From IMG/VR virus record IMGVR_UViG_3300042558_003131, positions 1 through 35,967 of that record: a stretch of DNA of 35,967 nt. One strand, 5' to 3'. The stretch comes from a virus (lineage: Duplodnaviria; Caudoviricetes). Under the pieces are notes generated by a model, which searched no databases, was not told where the DNA came from, and saw only the letters and a list, made by a program, of their open reading frames with translations. A program made the position numbers and the translations under genes. Below, in pieces: positions 9,304-20,500 of this stretch. Within the stretch, counting starts at the first letter, position 1, and each line of letters opens with the position of its first letter.

Positions 9304-10062
9304 TTATTTATTTATTGGTGTTGCTGATTGTATGTCTAATGCTAAAAATTGGGCAGGGTCTACTGTAATAGATATAGTTTTAAATCCACCAGTCTCGTTT
9401 CCTACGATAGTTAACAACGCTCGTTTAGTTGCTGTATTTAATGCTTGTGGTTTAGCCTTGATAATGAATTTAGATCCTACTCTTGTTATTGTTTTTCCAG
9501 CTGTTGTCATTCCTGTTACCTCATCGTCGATGAAGTTAGCTGCTGTGTTTGCTAGGTTAGCATCTGCAACACTAGTAATTGCACTAGATATGTTACTTGA
9601 TACTGTTTGAGCTTTATTTACAGTTCCATCAGGAGCAACCTCTAGAGTGGCTACTGTGTCATCACTTAATATAGCTGTATATCCAGCACCATCATTACCA
9701 CCTGCTAAGTTTAATGTGCTTGGTGATATAGTAACTGCCTGCTTTAACGATGTAAGTGAAATGCTTGACGGATTAACACTAATCACCGGAATACCTATTA
9801 CATCTTTTGGTAATGTAAGAAGCTTGTAGCGTAGCATTTGGGATTCATCTGGTAATGCCTCTAGTATAGGCATGTTTTCAATTACAGCACCGTAGTAATT
9901 TGTTCCTAAGGTATGAGCCGGATTCCACAAGTCATAGTCAATTTCGTCATCGGAAAGAGCAAATTTTACAATATTTAGTCTTCCGCCTGAAGCTAGAAGT
10001 TGACGTCCTTTGTTTGTCAGTATTGCGTCTACTGTTACCGTTGTGTTATCTAAGTATCCCAC
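9304..10062 (-). CDS. Putative virion/tail structural protein (GTG start)
   Basis: N-terminus DAILTNKGRQLLASGGRLNIVKFALSDD resembles the start of tail-collar fibre (DUF3751-like) domains; beta-rich C-terminal half. Confidence 0.55.
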   Translation of the reverse strand: MGYLDNTTVTVDAILTNKGRQLLASGGRLNIVKFALSDDEIDYDLWNPAHTLGTNYYGAVIENMPILEALPDESQMLRYKLLTLPKDVIGIPVISVNPSSISLTSLKQAVTISPSTLNLAGGNDGAGYTAILSDDTVATLEVAPDGTVNKAQTVSSNISSAITSVADANLANTAANFIDDEVTGMTTAGKTITRVGSKFIIKAKPQALNTATKRALLTIVGNETGGFKTISITVDPAQFLALDIQSATPINK

Positions 10063-10086
10063 GTGTATGTATTATTATTGGTTTAA

Positions 10087-10095
10087 TATAAATAT
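10087..10095 (-). promoter_or_regulatory. Putative late promoter ATATTTATA
   Basis: Recurring motif, 24 nt upstream of the GTG at 10062. Confidence 0.7.
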
Positions 10096-10111
10096 GTTAG
10101 TGTTTAGGAAA

Positions 10112-13100
10112 CTACCTAATTTGAAAGTTTCCTCGAGGATTTGGATTTGAAACAAATTCAACTCCATTTCCTACTGTTACTGTTATTACTGGTCCTCCAT
10201 CAATTGTATCGGTACTATCAACATTATAATCTGTTGAGGTCATTTTGCAGCCATCATAGCGAGCATTTCTCATACCATAACTATCTCGTAAGTGAAAATC
10301 TTGAACCTCTGCTCTATAATTTACTGACTTAACTGATAGGTTTTGTATTTCTAATGCACCTGCTGCAGTTGATGCTGATACCTTCATAAGCATTCCTAAC
10401 CAATTACCATCAGCCTTAGTTCTATAAGTGTAGGTTGTTGGTGTTGTTGGAATTGTTATTTCTTGAGTGAGTTGAGAATCAAAGCTTCCATAAAATAATA
10501 CAATTGATCCAGTTGATTGATTTGCATCTAAGGTTATGCTTATATCGTAAAGGTATTCTTGTGTTTGTTTTTGATCTGGCTCATAATAAAAAGCTTGTAT
10601 TGCTGCTGATCCAGAATACTGCTGTCTTAATCCTGTACTGTAATAATGCAAACCTTTTGTATTGTTCATTCTCCAGTGCTCTGATCCAGTTGGGCTTATA
10701 CTCAATACACCAGCACCATATGGGGATACAGTACTTATAGGTGTTGCTCCATAAGCAGATGTTCCATATAAACCAATTCCATATCCTGGCAAATTACTAG
10801 ATGTAAATGAACTTGATATACGTAAACCATATTGTGATGTCCAAAGGTTATTTTGAAAAGCGTATGATGCTGTAAATATAGTTGATCCAGTTTCTAAAGC
10901 ATAACTTCCAGTAAATGCTTTATTTCCGAAAACATTTAATCCATAAACATCACTATTGTCGTTTAAGATTTCGCTATAGCGAGCCGTTAGGATTGTTGGG
11001 TTGAGCGCTTCGCTGTATGCATAGTGAGCACTGTCTATTAAGTAAGGTGTTGAGTGTGTTGGTCCACTACCGCTAGTTGCCCATGTCATAAAACTGTATT
11101 GAGATCCTAGAACTCTAGTATCTCTTCCATACTGAGAAATACCCAAGTCTACTTCAGCAGTCATGCTTCCATCTGTGGATGGATTATCGTCCAATCCTAG
11201 TCGGTTAAACTGATTTGCATAACTCTCATCAAAGGTTGGTGATAGTAAAATATCGGTTCCATCTATAACAATATAATCTACTTCCGGAGAATTAAAGTCC
11301 GGTATCATGTCTATATTTTGCCTTGGAGCTTGATAGTCGTATGTTGGGTAGTTAATAACATCGTTATATTCTGAGACTCTTTGCTCTTCCCCACTTAACC
11401 TTATATAATCGCTCTCATCTCCACCAATCTTTCCTTCCGGAACATATCCGTTATTAAAAGTACCCGGTTGATTTCTAAAAGGTTCACCGTCCCCATCTTG
11501 TATAGCTCCACCTGGAGTCCATACAACATCTGGTCCTATGTCAATTGAAGAGCTGTAATGAAGTAACTCATAAGAGGGTACTGTCATTCTAACTTTTGCT
11601 CTCTCAATAATGGTTGGTTCAATTACTAAACCGGTTTGAGTATTAGCTCTGTAAGGTACAAATTTCTTTATTAATTGAAATAATGAAGCATCGTAATACT
11701 TAAGTAATCTAATATAGTTTTGTGAGTTATTTCTTCCTGAAGTAAACTTACGACTATACTCCCATTTGAGTCTGTCTAAACCTGGGTAAGTGTCAAGAGA
11801 TAAATAACTTGGATCGCCTATATAATCATCGATACTTATTCCACCAAATTGTTCTGCTATATCTTGATTAATTTCATTTTGTGGTGAAAAGTAAACTCCT
11901 AAACGAGAACTATCGGGTGGTTGTGTATCTGACAAGCTTCTTTGTGATCTGTTGTCTGTCCACAGCTCAGCTGTTCCTGCTGTCGTAGTGCTTTCAATTC
12001 TAATCTTAGTACCAATACTTCTGTTACCACCTAGGTCAGGCCATTCGAGAGAGTGTCTTTCAATAATTGGTTCCCATATCAGTGATGCACTAACAGCGGG
12101 TACATATATTACAGCTCCAAAATTTAGAACAGACTTATCACTACCATTACCAAATTTTAATTGATTTTGATTAGGGTGTTGAGAATTAATTTGTGTTGGG
12201 TATTCCGGCTTTTTGTTGTCAGATCCTAAACACAACCTAAAAGCTAGATCAGAGTAACTTGACGTACTTCCAGTACTTACTCCATCTGTATTTCCTTGAA
12301 AGCTGGTTGGTGCAAGTGCGTGATTGTCTAGGATATTATCGTCAAGTGGTGTTGTCCATAATCTAAACTCCTGCATGCTACTTGTACCGGTAAACGAGGC
12401 ACTTGTTGCACCAAAATAGAGACCACCGGACCCAGATACAAATGATTTGTTATACGAAGAGCTAGTAGCACCATCTATAAACAAGCTAGCTGTTTGAGTT
12501 GATACTACTTTATCGTAATTTACTTTTTTGGCAATTAATGTGTATGTCTGGTTAGAAGAACTTATATCACTCGCTACACTGCGCTGTAATGTAATACTAT
12601 GGAAGGTGCCATCGTATATAGACGAGCTAACACTAGCTGTTGCCCAACCTTGCGTACCCTTTAAAAAGAAACCTATATAACTATTACTTGCACTATAAAA
12701 AGCCTCAACCTTCCAATCTTGTGCACTAGGTACTCCTGAGTTATAAACTTCATTATCAAAAACACCGTTTGTTCCAAATATCCATTGTCGACTGGTTTGG
12801 TTTTTAGCAAACTTTACGCGCAATTGGATTGCCATTGGTTTTAGGCCATTGTGTAAAGTATCCGTAGATGTCCAATTTAATTGATAAGGTTCTGGAGATC
12901 CATAAGAAGCCGTGAGTGATGCGTCATTTACACTAAGTATTTTATGTGCGTAATTAAACCGCTCGTATTGTAAATCTGTTTTTGTATCAAATTCTGGTTC
13001 TGCTCCTCCATATTCTCTAATTCTTAGAATAGTTTGAGGAATACCATAACAGTTTATTAACGCTCTTACACCTCTTTCAGTACCTTTTGTTTTTAACAGA

Positions 13101-14779
13101 TATGGTAAGTTGTTAATTATTCGTTTCCAGATTTCGTTTGTTCTATCGCTACTAGTTGCATCGTATTGTGATGATAATGATCCAGTACTATTTGTGCCTA
13201 AGGTATAAGCCCATAACTCCTCTAATACATTACCATTTTCAAAATCTACACCTAGATTCTTTGCAACATGATATATCAAGTCTTTACTAAATCCTTCGTA
13301 AATAGATTGCTTGCGATCGGTTGTTTCCGATATCTGCTTTATATACAAAAGCATTATATCAAAGTAGTGACCCATCATGTTTATAAACAAACTATATTGA
13401 TCGTTTGCTGTGTCTTCTAATACGTGTGCTGGCGTTAATCTATAAAGTGCTTTATCGTTATTATTATCGTAGAGACTAGCTGAGCTGTATATACCATCAT
13501 ACCAATCCTCGACCTGAGAGGAGGTTACAGACCAGTTAACGTATGGTTTTTGGTTACCCGACTTTGGCCAAGTTGATGGATAAAATTCTCCGTAGCTACT
13601 ACTCTCATAACTACTAGATTGATTGTATAGATACTTTTCATATGAATCGAAGCTACCTAGTAAGGCTGCTTTTTTAGTTTTGGTATTAATAACATTCGTC
13701 TGAAAAGCTAAACTTGCCGATACGCCACTGCTTGGTGATCCAATAAGGTTAGTGGTAAGTAAAGCTAAACGAGAGTTGTAATCCTCAAGTAATCTCATCT
13801 TATACTTGAAGTTCTCTAATCTCTCTACAGCAGATCCTAATACTATGTGGTTATCAAACTTTCTATAATCGACATTTAAGTTGATCCCCTCTATAAGAGA
13901 TCCACTTAATAAGCTGTTAATTATACCCTCGGTAGTTTGAGTATTTGTTGTTAATATGTCGTCCCAATCTTTGTAGGGAGTTGTGACTGTTGTTTGTAGT
14001 TTATTTAGAACATCCCAATTTGGACCTGAGATTATTGTTTGATTTCTCTTTGGTTTTGGTGGAACCATAACAATGGTGTCCGTAACAGGCTCACTTAATT
14101 GCTGTGCTATCCAAACCTGATCACCTATACTTACCGTTGTTGGTAGTGGTGATGTAAACTTTAATACTATAGAGTATGGAATAAGCGGTAAAGTAAACCT
14201 ATCCTGAATATAATCAAAAATTCTATAGGATTCAGCTCCTTTAGTACCTTTTTTGATTAAAAATAAATCAGAGAGTGTTTGTGCTTTTGGTAAGTTAAAA
14301 AGCTTTGTGGAGAAAAAGTCTAGGTAGTTGGAGTTGTCAAATGCGCTGTTGGGAATTGCTGTAATTCTTGCTTCTAATCCATCTGAACTTATCTCTTGTA
14401 TTTGTACCTTATGTCCATCACCAGAGCCTAAATAATTTCTGTGAAACTTATACTCTGTGATAAACTTTCCAGAAATGTAACCTAATCTTTTTACGTCTTC
14501 TTCGACGTTAAGCTCTATTTCATTACCTTTTTTTATAAAGGTAGAAACTCTATAATTTGTTTCTAAATATACATTGACTGCATTATATATATCCAGTATT
14601 ACTACATCATTTGGATACTGATCAATAACTCCCGATTCCATTCCAAATGGCTTTACCACTGGTGAATTGACTGGTTTTGGAGGTGCTATAGGTCTTCCAT
14701 TCGCTCCTAATGTAGGCGGAATAATTTTGATTGAACCTGCAGGTATAGTTAGTATGCTTTGTATAGACTTCTTCGCCAC
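10112..14779 (-). CDS. Large baseplate wedge-like protein (gp7/P2 gpI-like motif) with LamG-like domain
   Basis: EIWKRIINNLPYLLKTKGTERGVRALINCYG resembles the KGT motif of gpI/gp7-type wedge proteins; LamG-like FHSITLQR...LFIDG...LYFG...MQEFRLW; late IKKFVP motif; baseplate context. GTG start. Confidence 0.6.
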   Translation of the reverse strand: MAKKSIQSILTIPAGSIKIIPPTLGANGRPIAPPKPVNSPVVKPFGMESGVIDQYPNDVVILDIYNAVNVYLETNYRVSTFIKKGNEIELNVEEDVKRLGYISGKFITEYKFHRNYLGSGDGHKVQIQEISSDGLEARITAIPNSAFDNSNYLDFFSTKLFNLPKAQTLSDLFLIKKGTKGAESYRIFDYIQDRFTLPLIPYSIVLKFTSPLPTTVSIGDQVWIAQQLSEPVTDTIVMVPPKPKRNQTIISGPNWDVLNKLQTTVTTPYKDWDDILTTNTQTTEGIINSLLSGSLIEGINLNVDYRKFDNHIVLGSAVERLENFKYKMRLLEDYNSRLALLTTNLIGSPSSGVSASLAFQTNVINTKTKKAALLGSFDSYEKYLYNQSSSYESSSYGEFYPSTWPKSGNQKPYVNWSVTSSQVEDWYDGIYSSASLYDNNNDKALYRLTPAHVLEDTANDQYSLFINMMGHYFDIMLLYIKQISETTDRKQSIYEGFSKDLIYHVAKNLGVDFENGNVLEELWAYTLGTNSTGSLSSQYDATSSDRTNEIWKRIINNLPYLLKTKGTERGVRALINCYGIPQTILRIREYGGAEPEFDTKTDLQYERFNYAHKILSVNDASLTASYGSPEPYQLNWTSTDTLHNGLKPMAIQLRVKFAKNQTSRQWIFGTNGVFDNEVYNSGVPSAQDWKVEAFYSASNSYIGFFLKGTQGWATASVSSSIYDGTFHSITLQRSVASDISSSNQTYTLIAKKVNYDKVVSTQTASLFIDGATSSSYNKSFVSGSGGLYFGATSASFTGTSSMQEFRLWTTPLDDNILDNHALAPTSFQGNTDGVSTGSTSSYSDLAFRLCLGSDNKKPEYPTQINSQHPNQNQLKFGNGSDKSVLNFGAVIYVPAVSASLIWEPIIERHSLEWPDLGGNRSIGTKIRIESTTTAGTAELWTDNRSQRSLSDTQPPDSSRLGVYFSPQNEINQDIAEQFGGISIDDYIGDPSYLSLDTYPGLDRLKWEYSRKFTSGRNNSQNYIRLLKYYDASLFQLIKKFVPYRANTQTGLVIEPTIIERAKVRMTVPSYELLHYSSSIDIGPDVVWTPGGAIQDGDGEPFRNQPGTFNNGYVPEGKIGGDESDYIRLSGEEQRVSEYNDVINYPTYDYQAPRQNIDMIPDFNSPEVDYIVIDGTDILLSPTFDESYANQFNRLGLDDNPSTDGSMTAEVDLGISQYGRDTRVLGSQYSFMTWATSGSGPTHSTPYLIDSAHYAYSEALNPTILTARYSEILNDNSDVYGLNVFGNKAFTGSYALETGSTIFTASYAFQNNLWTSQYGLRISSSFTSSNLPGYGIGLYGTSAYGATPISTVSPYGAGVLSISPTGSEHWRMNNTKGLHYYSTGLRQQYSGSAAIQAFYYEPDQKQTQEYLYDISITLDANQSTGSIVLFYGSFDSQLTQEITIPTTPTTYTYRTKADGNWLGMLMKVSASTAAGALEIQNLSVKSVNYRAEVQDFHLRDSYGMRNARYDGCKMTSTDYNVDSTDTIDGGPVITVTVGNGVEFVSNPNPRGNFQIR

Positions 14780-14788
14780 GGATTTTAT

Positions 14789-14797
14789 TATAAATAT
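14789..14797 (-). promoter_or_regulatory. Putative late promoter ATATTTATA
   Basis: Recurring motif, 9 nt upstream of the GTG at 14779. Confidence 0.7.
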
Positions 14798-14813
14798 GTC
14801 TGCAGAAAAGTTA

Positions 14814-17537
14814 CTATGGAATCTGAGCGTTATCTATTGTAGTGTCATTTAATCCCTCATCTATAGGTGGATTAATTTCAGCATTTTCTTCACGATCTGG
14901 ACTAGCATCTTCAAGAGTTACAACCTCTCTTGCAAATTTATCGAGTTCTTCTTCAGTAGGTGCTGGTTGTGCATCTTTTCCTTTTTCACGAACACCAATT
15001 TCGTAAGCTTCAGATACCTTACCTAAACTATATACGTCAATTCCTGCATATTCTGGAAGTGTCTTTGGTAATAGTATTTCATAGTTAAAAGTTCCTGGCT
15101 CAGATGAGTTGCTTGAATCTTCGTAAAGTTTCTGCTTTCTTAAACCCAACACAGTTGCATCTGCAGGTGGAATGTAATAGCTAGCATAGTCTTCTGATAC
15201 TGATGCATCTTCTGTCATAAGCATTAACTTAGCCATAGATACCCCACATCGCGGATAACCGTACTCAACAAAACGCTTACTATTAGTAATTTCTGCACCA
15301 AAATCATTTCTATATATTTCCGAGTTTGTCCATCCTTTTGTTTCTGGTTGATCATCCTCTATTGCCTCCGAGAGGTGCTCAAAGGTTATTAGTACTTGTA
15401 TTGATTTTGTGTTTTTTGGAATTGCAAAAGTTGTTCCTACTGCAAACATAGCAGCTGCACCGTAGTCCTGCAATGCTTTTAATGTTCTCTTTTCGTCTAT
15501 TTTAGTATCACCAGACCATTCAGCTGCTTGAGTTGGATAGTAGGAACCGCCATCTTTATATGGTACTTTTTTTATAAAAAAAGCTGCGTTACGATCTAGG
15601 TTGCTAACGTTTGTTTGATTAATTCGAGTTTGTTCGTTATCACCTCTTAAAATTGAATAGATGGGTGTTGATACAATTCTAAGTCTTATATCAGAATTAA
15701 GGTCATGCAACAAATCCCGGATATGAATATAGTGCTCTCCTATTCTTTTGTAGAACCATAAATTTGCAGACGTAGGCGTTGTGGGAGTAAAGTCATTTCT
15801 ATCATACCCATCTCGCTCTTTTCTTGCAATGTATCGTGTTAAATCTATTTCTCCATTAGATGTTATTATTTGCTCTCCAGCTGTATCACTAATATCAACA
15901 TCGTTTAGTATATTTTTAAACCTTCTTCGCGTATTTGCTCCTCCAGAAAAGTTTTCTAATTGCAACCTGTACGTATATCCTACTATAGTCTGACTAGGAA
16001 TGTCAGGATTTGGTGACATTAATTCTAATAAAGATTCTGTAGTTGAATACGTTTGTCCAAATACTTTTATTGGATTATTATTTGTTAGAAACATATCAAA
16101 TATAGGATACCACGTAATTGGTAGTTGTGCTTTTTCCTTGATAGCAAACACATCTTGCACACCTGGACCATCCAGATCGACTCTCGACAACTCTAAGTTA
16201 TTAGCGTTTCTAGCTATAATTGATATTTGAGTTGTATCCTCCATTAATGGTATAATCTCTATTACACTACCTTCAACAAGCTTTGGGCGTTTATCTGTAC
16301 TACTCTTAAGTCTTTTAAAAAAGTCTTCGGGATCTAGTACATACCAATTAAATATCTTTTCACCATCAGCCGTCGTTGCTTTAATCTTATATCCAGTTAG
16401 ACCTGCTCCTACGTAGGCAAAAAACTGAGCATTAAGTTGCTGTATCCCTGTAACATTACCGTCTATTACTTGAGTAATATTGGATACATCTATTACTTGG
16501 TTGCAGGTAGACTTTGCTCTACCGCTATTTTTTTTGAATTTAATCTTATCTCTAGTAATGTATGTCAATACATTATTTTCTGCTTCACTTTGTAATCCTA
16601 TAACTTTATTTGCATTCTTATTATAAGAATCAATCCACTTCAATCCTGGAAAAAAGCCTGCATACTTCCAATTATCTAGATCCTCATTAGGAACAATTTG
16701 CGATGGATAGGATGTGAGCATCCATGACATCCATGCATCTAACGCTGCATCTGGATTGCTATTAGCTTGTAGGTTAAAAAGGTTTTTATCCTTTTTATAC
16801 CAACTCTGTAATATATGGTAAAGCAGACCACTATGACCTCCTTGACAAAAACGAAAGTCTTCTGGAACACCTCCTACTGTTCGATCTGCATCGTAGTCGT
16901 AGTATATAAATCGTGGTAAGCTACCAAAATGTCTTGTAAGCGTTGTGTCTTCTAAAAACGATCTTGTAATCATATCCACATCAACTATCCAATCCTGTGT
17001 AGAAGACCCATTTTTCAGTAAATTTTTAAACAGCATGGGGTGTTTTAGTGGTTCTATAACTTGCAATCTAACTCGAGATGAAATGGTGGTACCATATGCG
17101 TTTGATACTTCGCATGTATATATTCCAGAAACTTCAGAGTTAACATCTGTACCTGGGATGCTTAATCCTCTTATACCCTTTCCGTTCTCAAGTGAATTTA
17201 TTGCAACAATTGCTGATCCATCTTTTTTCCAAACATACTGAAGTCCACCATCATTACCTAAGCTATTTGCATCAACCAAGGATGGATCTTCTGCTATTAC
17301 AAACATTTCAAGAGTCGTACCAGCTACTACAGTAAATACTCCAAATATTGGTTGGACTTCAAAAAACACCGGTTGGTCTTCTTCATATGATTCAACCCAT
17401 GTTTTTTGTCTTATGTTTTGAGCTAAATCTGAAGCAATAACTGGTGGTATAGGATTCTCAGGCATTAGAAAAAATTCACCTGATCGAAGTTCTTGTGTTT
17501 CTGGAACTGATCCTATTTGTAAAGTTAGTTTTTTCAT
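14814..17537 (-). CDS. Ig-like domain virion protein, paralog A
   Basis: I-set-like motifs LQYVWKKDG and SGIYTCEVSNAYG, then FKNLLKNG...W and QVIDVS, suggesting a galactose-binding/FBA-like fold; TAATG coupling to the upstream paralog. Confidence 0.7.
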   Translation of the reverse strand: MKKLTLQIGSVPETQELRSGEFFLMPENPIPPVIASDLAQNIRQKTWVESYEEDQPVFFEVQPIFGVFTVVAGTTLEMFVIAEDPSLVDANSLGNDGGLQYVWKKDGSAIVAINSLENGKGIRGLSIPGTDVNSEVSGIYTCEVSNAYGTTISSRVRLQVIEPLKHPMLFKNLLKNGSSTQDWIVDVDMITRSFLEDTTLTRHFGSLPRFIYYDYDADRTVGGVPEDFRFCQGGHSGLLYHILQSWYKKDKNLFNLQANSNPDAALDAWMSWMLTSYPSQIVPNEDLDNWKYAGFFPGLKWIDSYNKNANKVIGLQSEAENNVLTYITRDKIKFKKNSGRAKSTCNQVIDVSNITQVIDGNVTGIQQLNAQFFAYVGAGLTGYKIKATTADGEKIFNWYVLDPEDFFKRLKSSTDKRPKLVEGSVIEIIPLMEDTTQISIIARNANNLELSRVDLDGPGVQDVFAIKEKAQLPITWYPIFDMFLTNNNPIKVFGQTYSTTESLLELMSPNPDIPSQTIVGYTYRLQLENFSGGANTRRRFKNILNDVDISDTAGEQIITSNGEIDLTRYIARKERDGYDRNDFTPTTPTSANLWFYKRIGEHYIHIRDLLHDLNSDIRLRIVSTPIYSILRGDNEQTRINQTNVSNLDRNAAFFIKKVPYKDGGSYYPTQAAEWSGDTKIDEKRTLKALQDYGAAAMFAVGTTFAIPKNTKSIQVLITFEHLSEAIEDDQPETKGWTNSEIYRNDFGAEITNSKRFVEYGYPRCGVSMAKLMLMTEDASVSEDYASYYIPPADATVLGLRKQKLYEDSSNSSEPGTFNYEILLPKTLPEYAGIDVYSLGKVSEAYEIGVREKGKDAQPAPTEEELDKFAREVVTLEDASPDREENAEINPPIDEGLNDTTIDNAQIP

Positions 17538-20500
17538 TATAAGGCAGTTTGAGAATCCGTTATGCGTGGATAGCCTAACGTATAAGTTACACCATCTTTA
17601 TCCCTTCCTCGGAAAGGTGATCCTATCATAATATTTCCAATCTGTGGTGCCATACTTACAGCGTATAGTGTTGTTGTAAATTTTGGATTAGGAATAGTTA
17701 ATCCAGTTTCTATTGATGTCTTGAGTCTATCTACCTGATAGTTGCTTTTTAAATCTGCAAGAGATACTTGATTTGACCTATCACTTAGATAGTCTCTAAT
17801 GTCCGCTATAAACCGTGTTTTTACTAATTCTTGATCAGCTATATTCAGATTGTCTTGTGTTACTGCATAGCTAGTGGCTAGTCTGTCAATGTTTTTAGTT
17901 AAACTTGCTGATGGGTATTTTTTGATATCTTTTAAAAATATTAAAGAGTCTAACGCGCTTACCTCTTTAGTATAATTTGTAACCAAAGGAATACCTAAAC
18001 CGCCTTTTCTTATTGGTGTTGTTAGCATTTTTTCGGGTAGATCAAAGTAAAACTCTCCAAAGGTGTTTATATCGTAATTCTTCACTTCAAACTCATATGT
18101 ATCCTCAGTAGGTCCTCCAGGTAGTGATGAATCTTTATATAGTACGACCGGCTTATCTGATTTGAAATCCACTAACAAATAGTAAAGACTAGGTGTATTA
18201 TTTGCTGTAGATCTTGGATTGACGATTGGGGTTAAATTATCTAATCCTGGTGAAAGAGGTTTAATTGAGCCTGACTCTCTAACCAAATAATGTAATACAT
18301 ATCTAAATTTTTCATTCCAAAGTGCAAACTTATTATTTGTAGAATCGGAGGGTGGTAGAAAGTCAGACTTAAGTGTTGTAATTGGTCCTTTTATTGCGCG
18401 GACTGCGGTTGCTACGGACGCTGATAGTGCACCTGCATTTCCTGGTTGACTTCCACTTGGATTAGCATATACAAGATCTCTGTAGGATTTTACATTAGTT
18501 TCTATGCCATCCATAATAGATTCAAAGTTTAATGAATTTAAACCATAAGCTAATACTTTATCGTTTGATACAAATGGAAAGACCGACCCACTAACAGCTG
18601 GAAATCTTGATGGAGTTGATTGTACTCCCGGCATTTGAGTTTTTAAAACTATAGATGTTGTGTTGGTTTGAAAGATGGTACTGTTAATAAACTTTACTTC
18701 CGGATCTGAGTTGTGTTGAAAATACACAAACATATTTCGTTTAAGAACTCCTTTTGGATCAAAAACATCTGTGTCAACTAAAGCTGTAGGAATGCTAACT
18801 TGTGGTCTACTATTTACATTAAAAGTAGCAGATGTGTAATACTTTGTAGCAGCTGCTTTTTGTCTCTGAATAGGAATTAGACTCAAAGATAGTCCAGTTA
18901 TTGCAACTCGAGGTGGTGGTGCTAACGGTACTTGTTCAATTAGCGGTCTGTCCTTGTAGCTTGGATTGTTGCCTACTATTGATCTAATAAAGTCTATCTC
19001 AGCGGGACTAGTCCCTTTTTGCTCAAAAGATGCTTTTTTAAAGTTTTTCTCCCAACCAATGGTTTCAAATATTCGATCTGAGTTGGTGTAATTGTAATCT
19101 CCATTATCAAATATCCTCCAGTCGTTTGTATAGAAATTTAAACCTATTCTAATCTTAGTAGTCTTGGGATTCAAACGCTCCAACACTAATCTATTAAATT
19201 CTAGGTACTGTCCATGCGTTGGTCTATTGTTTATGTTGGGGTAAAATTCGTCTGCTGCAAAAAGTGTTGCATCGTATCTGTTCCCTAAAGATGTAACTCC
19301 AAGTTTGTATATATCGGTTTTATAATACTTTTCTCCAATGTACTTTGATATTGTTTTTGTCCACGGATCCATTAGTGTTATTGTATTTGGCTCTCCATAC
19401 GATGTACCATCTGATCGCAATACTGTACTAATTAACCTTGACTCTACATCATACTCTTCAATTGTAACATAACACCTATCTACTGTGTATCCAGGACCTG
19501 CCATTAAAAAGTTCTCTAGGCTAATTCGAGGTGCTCCTAGATAGTAGTTTTTTGGGTTAGTTTTTTGATCTGGTAAGGCTGTTGATTTTGTTGGTATGTA
19601 TTGGCTTATAGCGTTTCCTATATAACATCCAAAAACAGCCCTTACTCCATCCATGCCATAGACACTTCCTTTTATAATATCTTGAATAGGTGCAACATCT
19701 ACATCCTGGTATGCTTTTACAAAAAAGCTACCTCCAGCTTTTTCAAACTTATAAACATCTCGTGAAAAATAACCACCTCCTCCGTTTTTATTAACAAAGT
19801 CTTCTTCGTAATTTATTCCTTTTACTACTCCCACTTCCAGTTGATATGGTCGGGGGTGCATCATATCTACATTGTATCCAAATAAATCAACTCGATTTGG
19901 TGTTTTTAAGTCAACCGTATCTGTTTTAGTCATCTCCCTAGATACAAAAGTATCTACATCTCCATCCCAACCATTTATTTGATCCGTTGCATTTCCATTT
20001 ACAATTAAGTTTTTATAGAAAAAAGCGTCTAAATCTGGATTAAGGACTTCAATGGTTATGGGTTCGGATATTACAGTTCCAATATCGTTTGAGATTTCAC
20101 ACGTATAAGACCCAGCTGATGATGGTTGTATTCTCTCAAATCTAATAACATTTTTTGTTACTGTTACTTTGCTCTGCAATGATGCCTTTTCGTCAGATAA
20201 CACTACACCGGCATCATTCCTCCATACATACGACAACTCTTCGGTACCTTGTTTTATGACTGGAATCCCATTTTCAACATTAAGAGTATTTGGTTGTATT
20301 GCTCCAATTCTCAACTCAAAAGTAACATCTTGTAGCACTTTTACAGTCCCGTCTGGAAATTGATATAGGTTTTTGCCTGATGCATTTGCTGTAGTAGAGG
20401 ACTTAATCTTTGGTCGAGATGCGTCACCAATGGTTACAGTAATAATGGGTGGTTGATTTAATACTACTGGTATCAAATCGTATGATGTTTCGTTTTCGTT

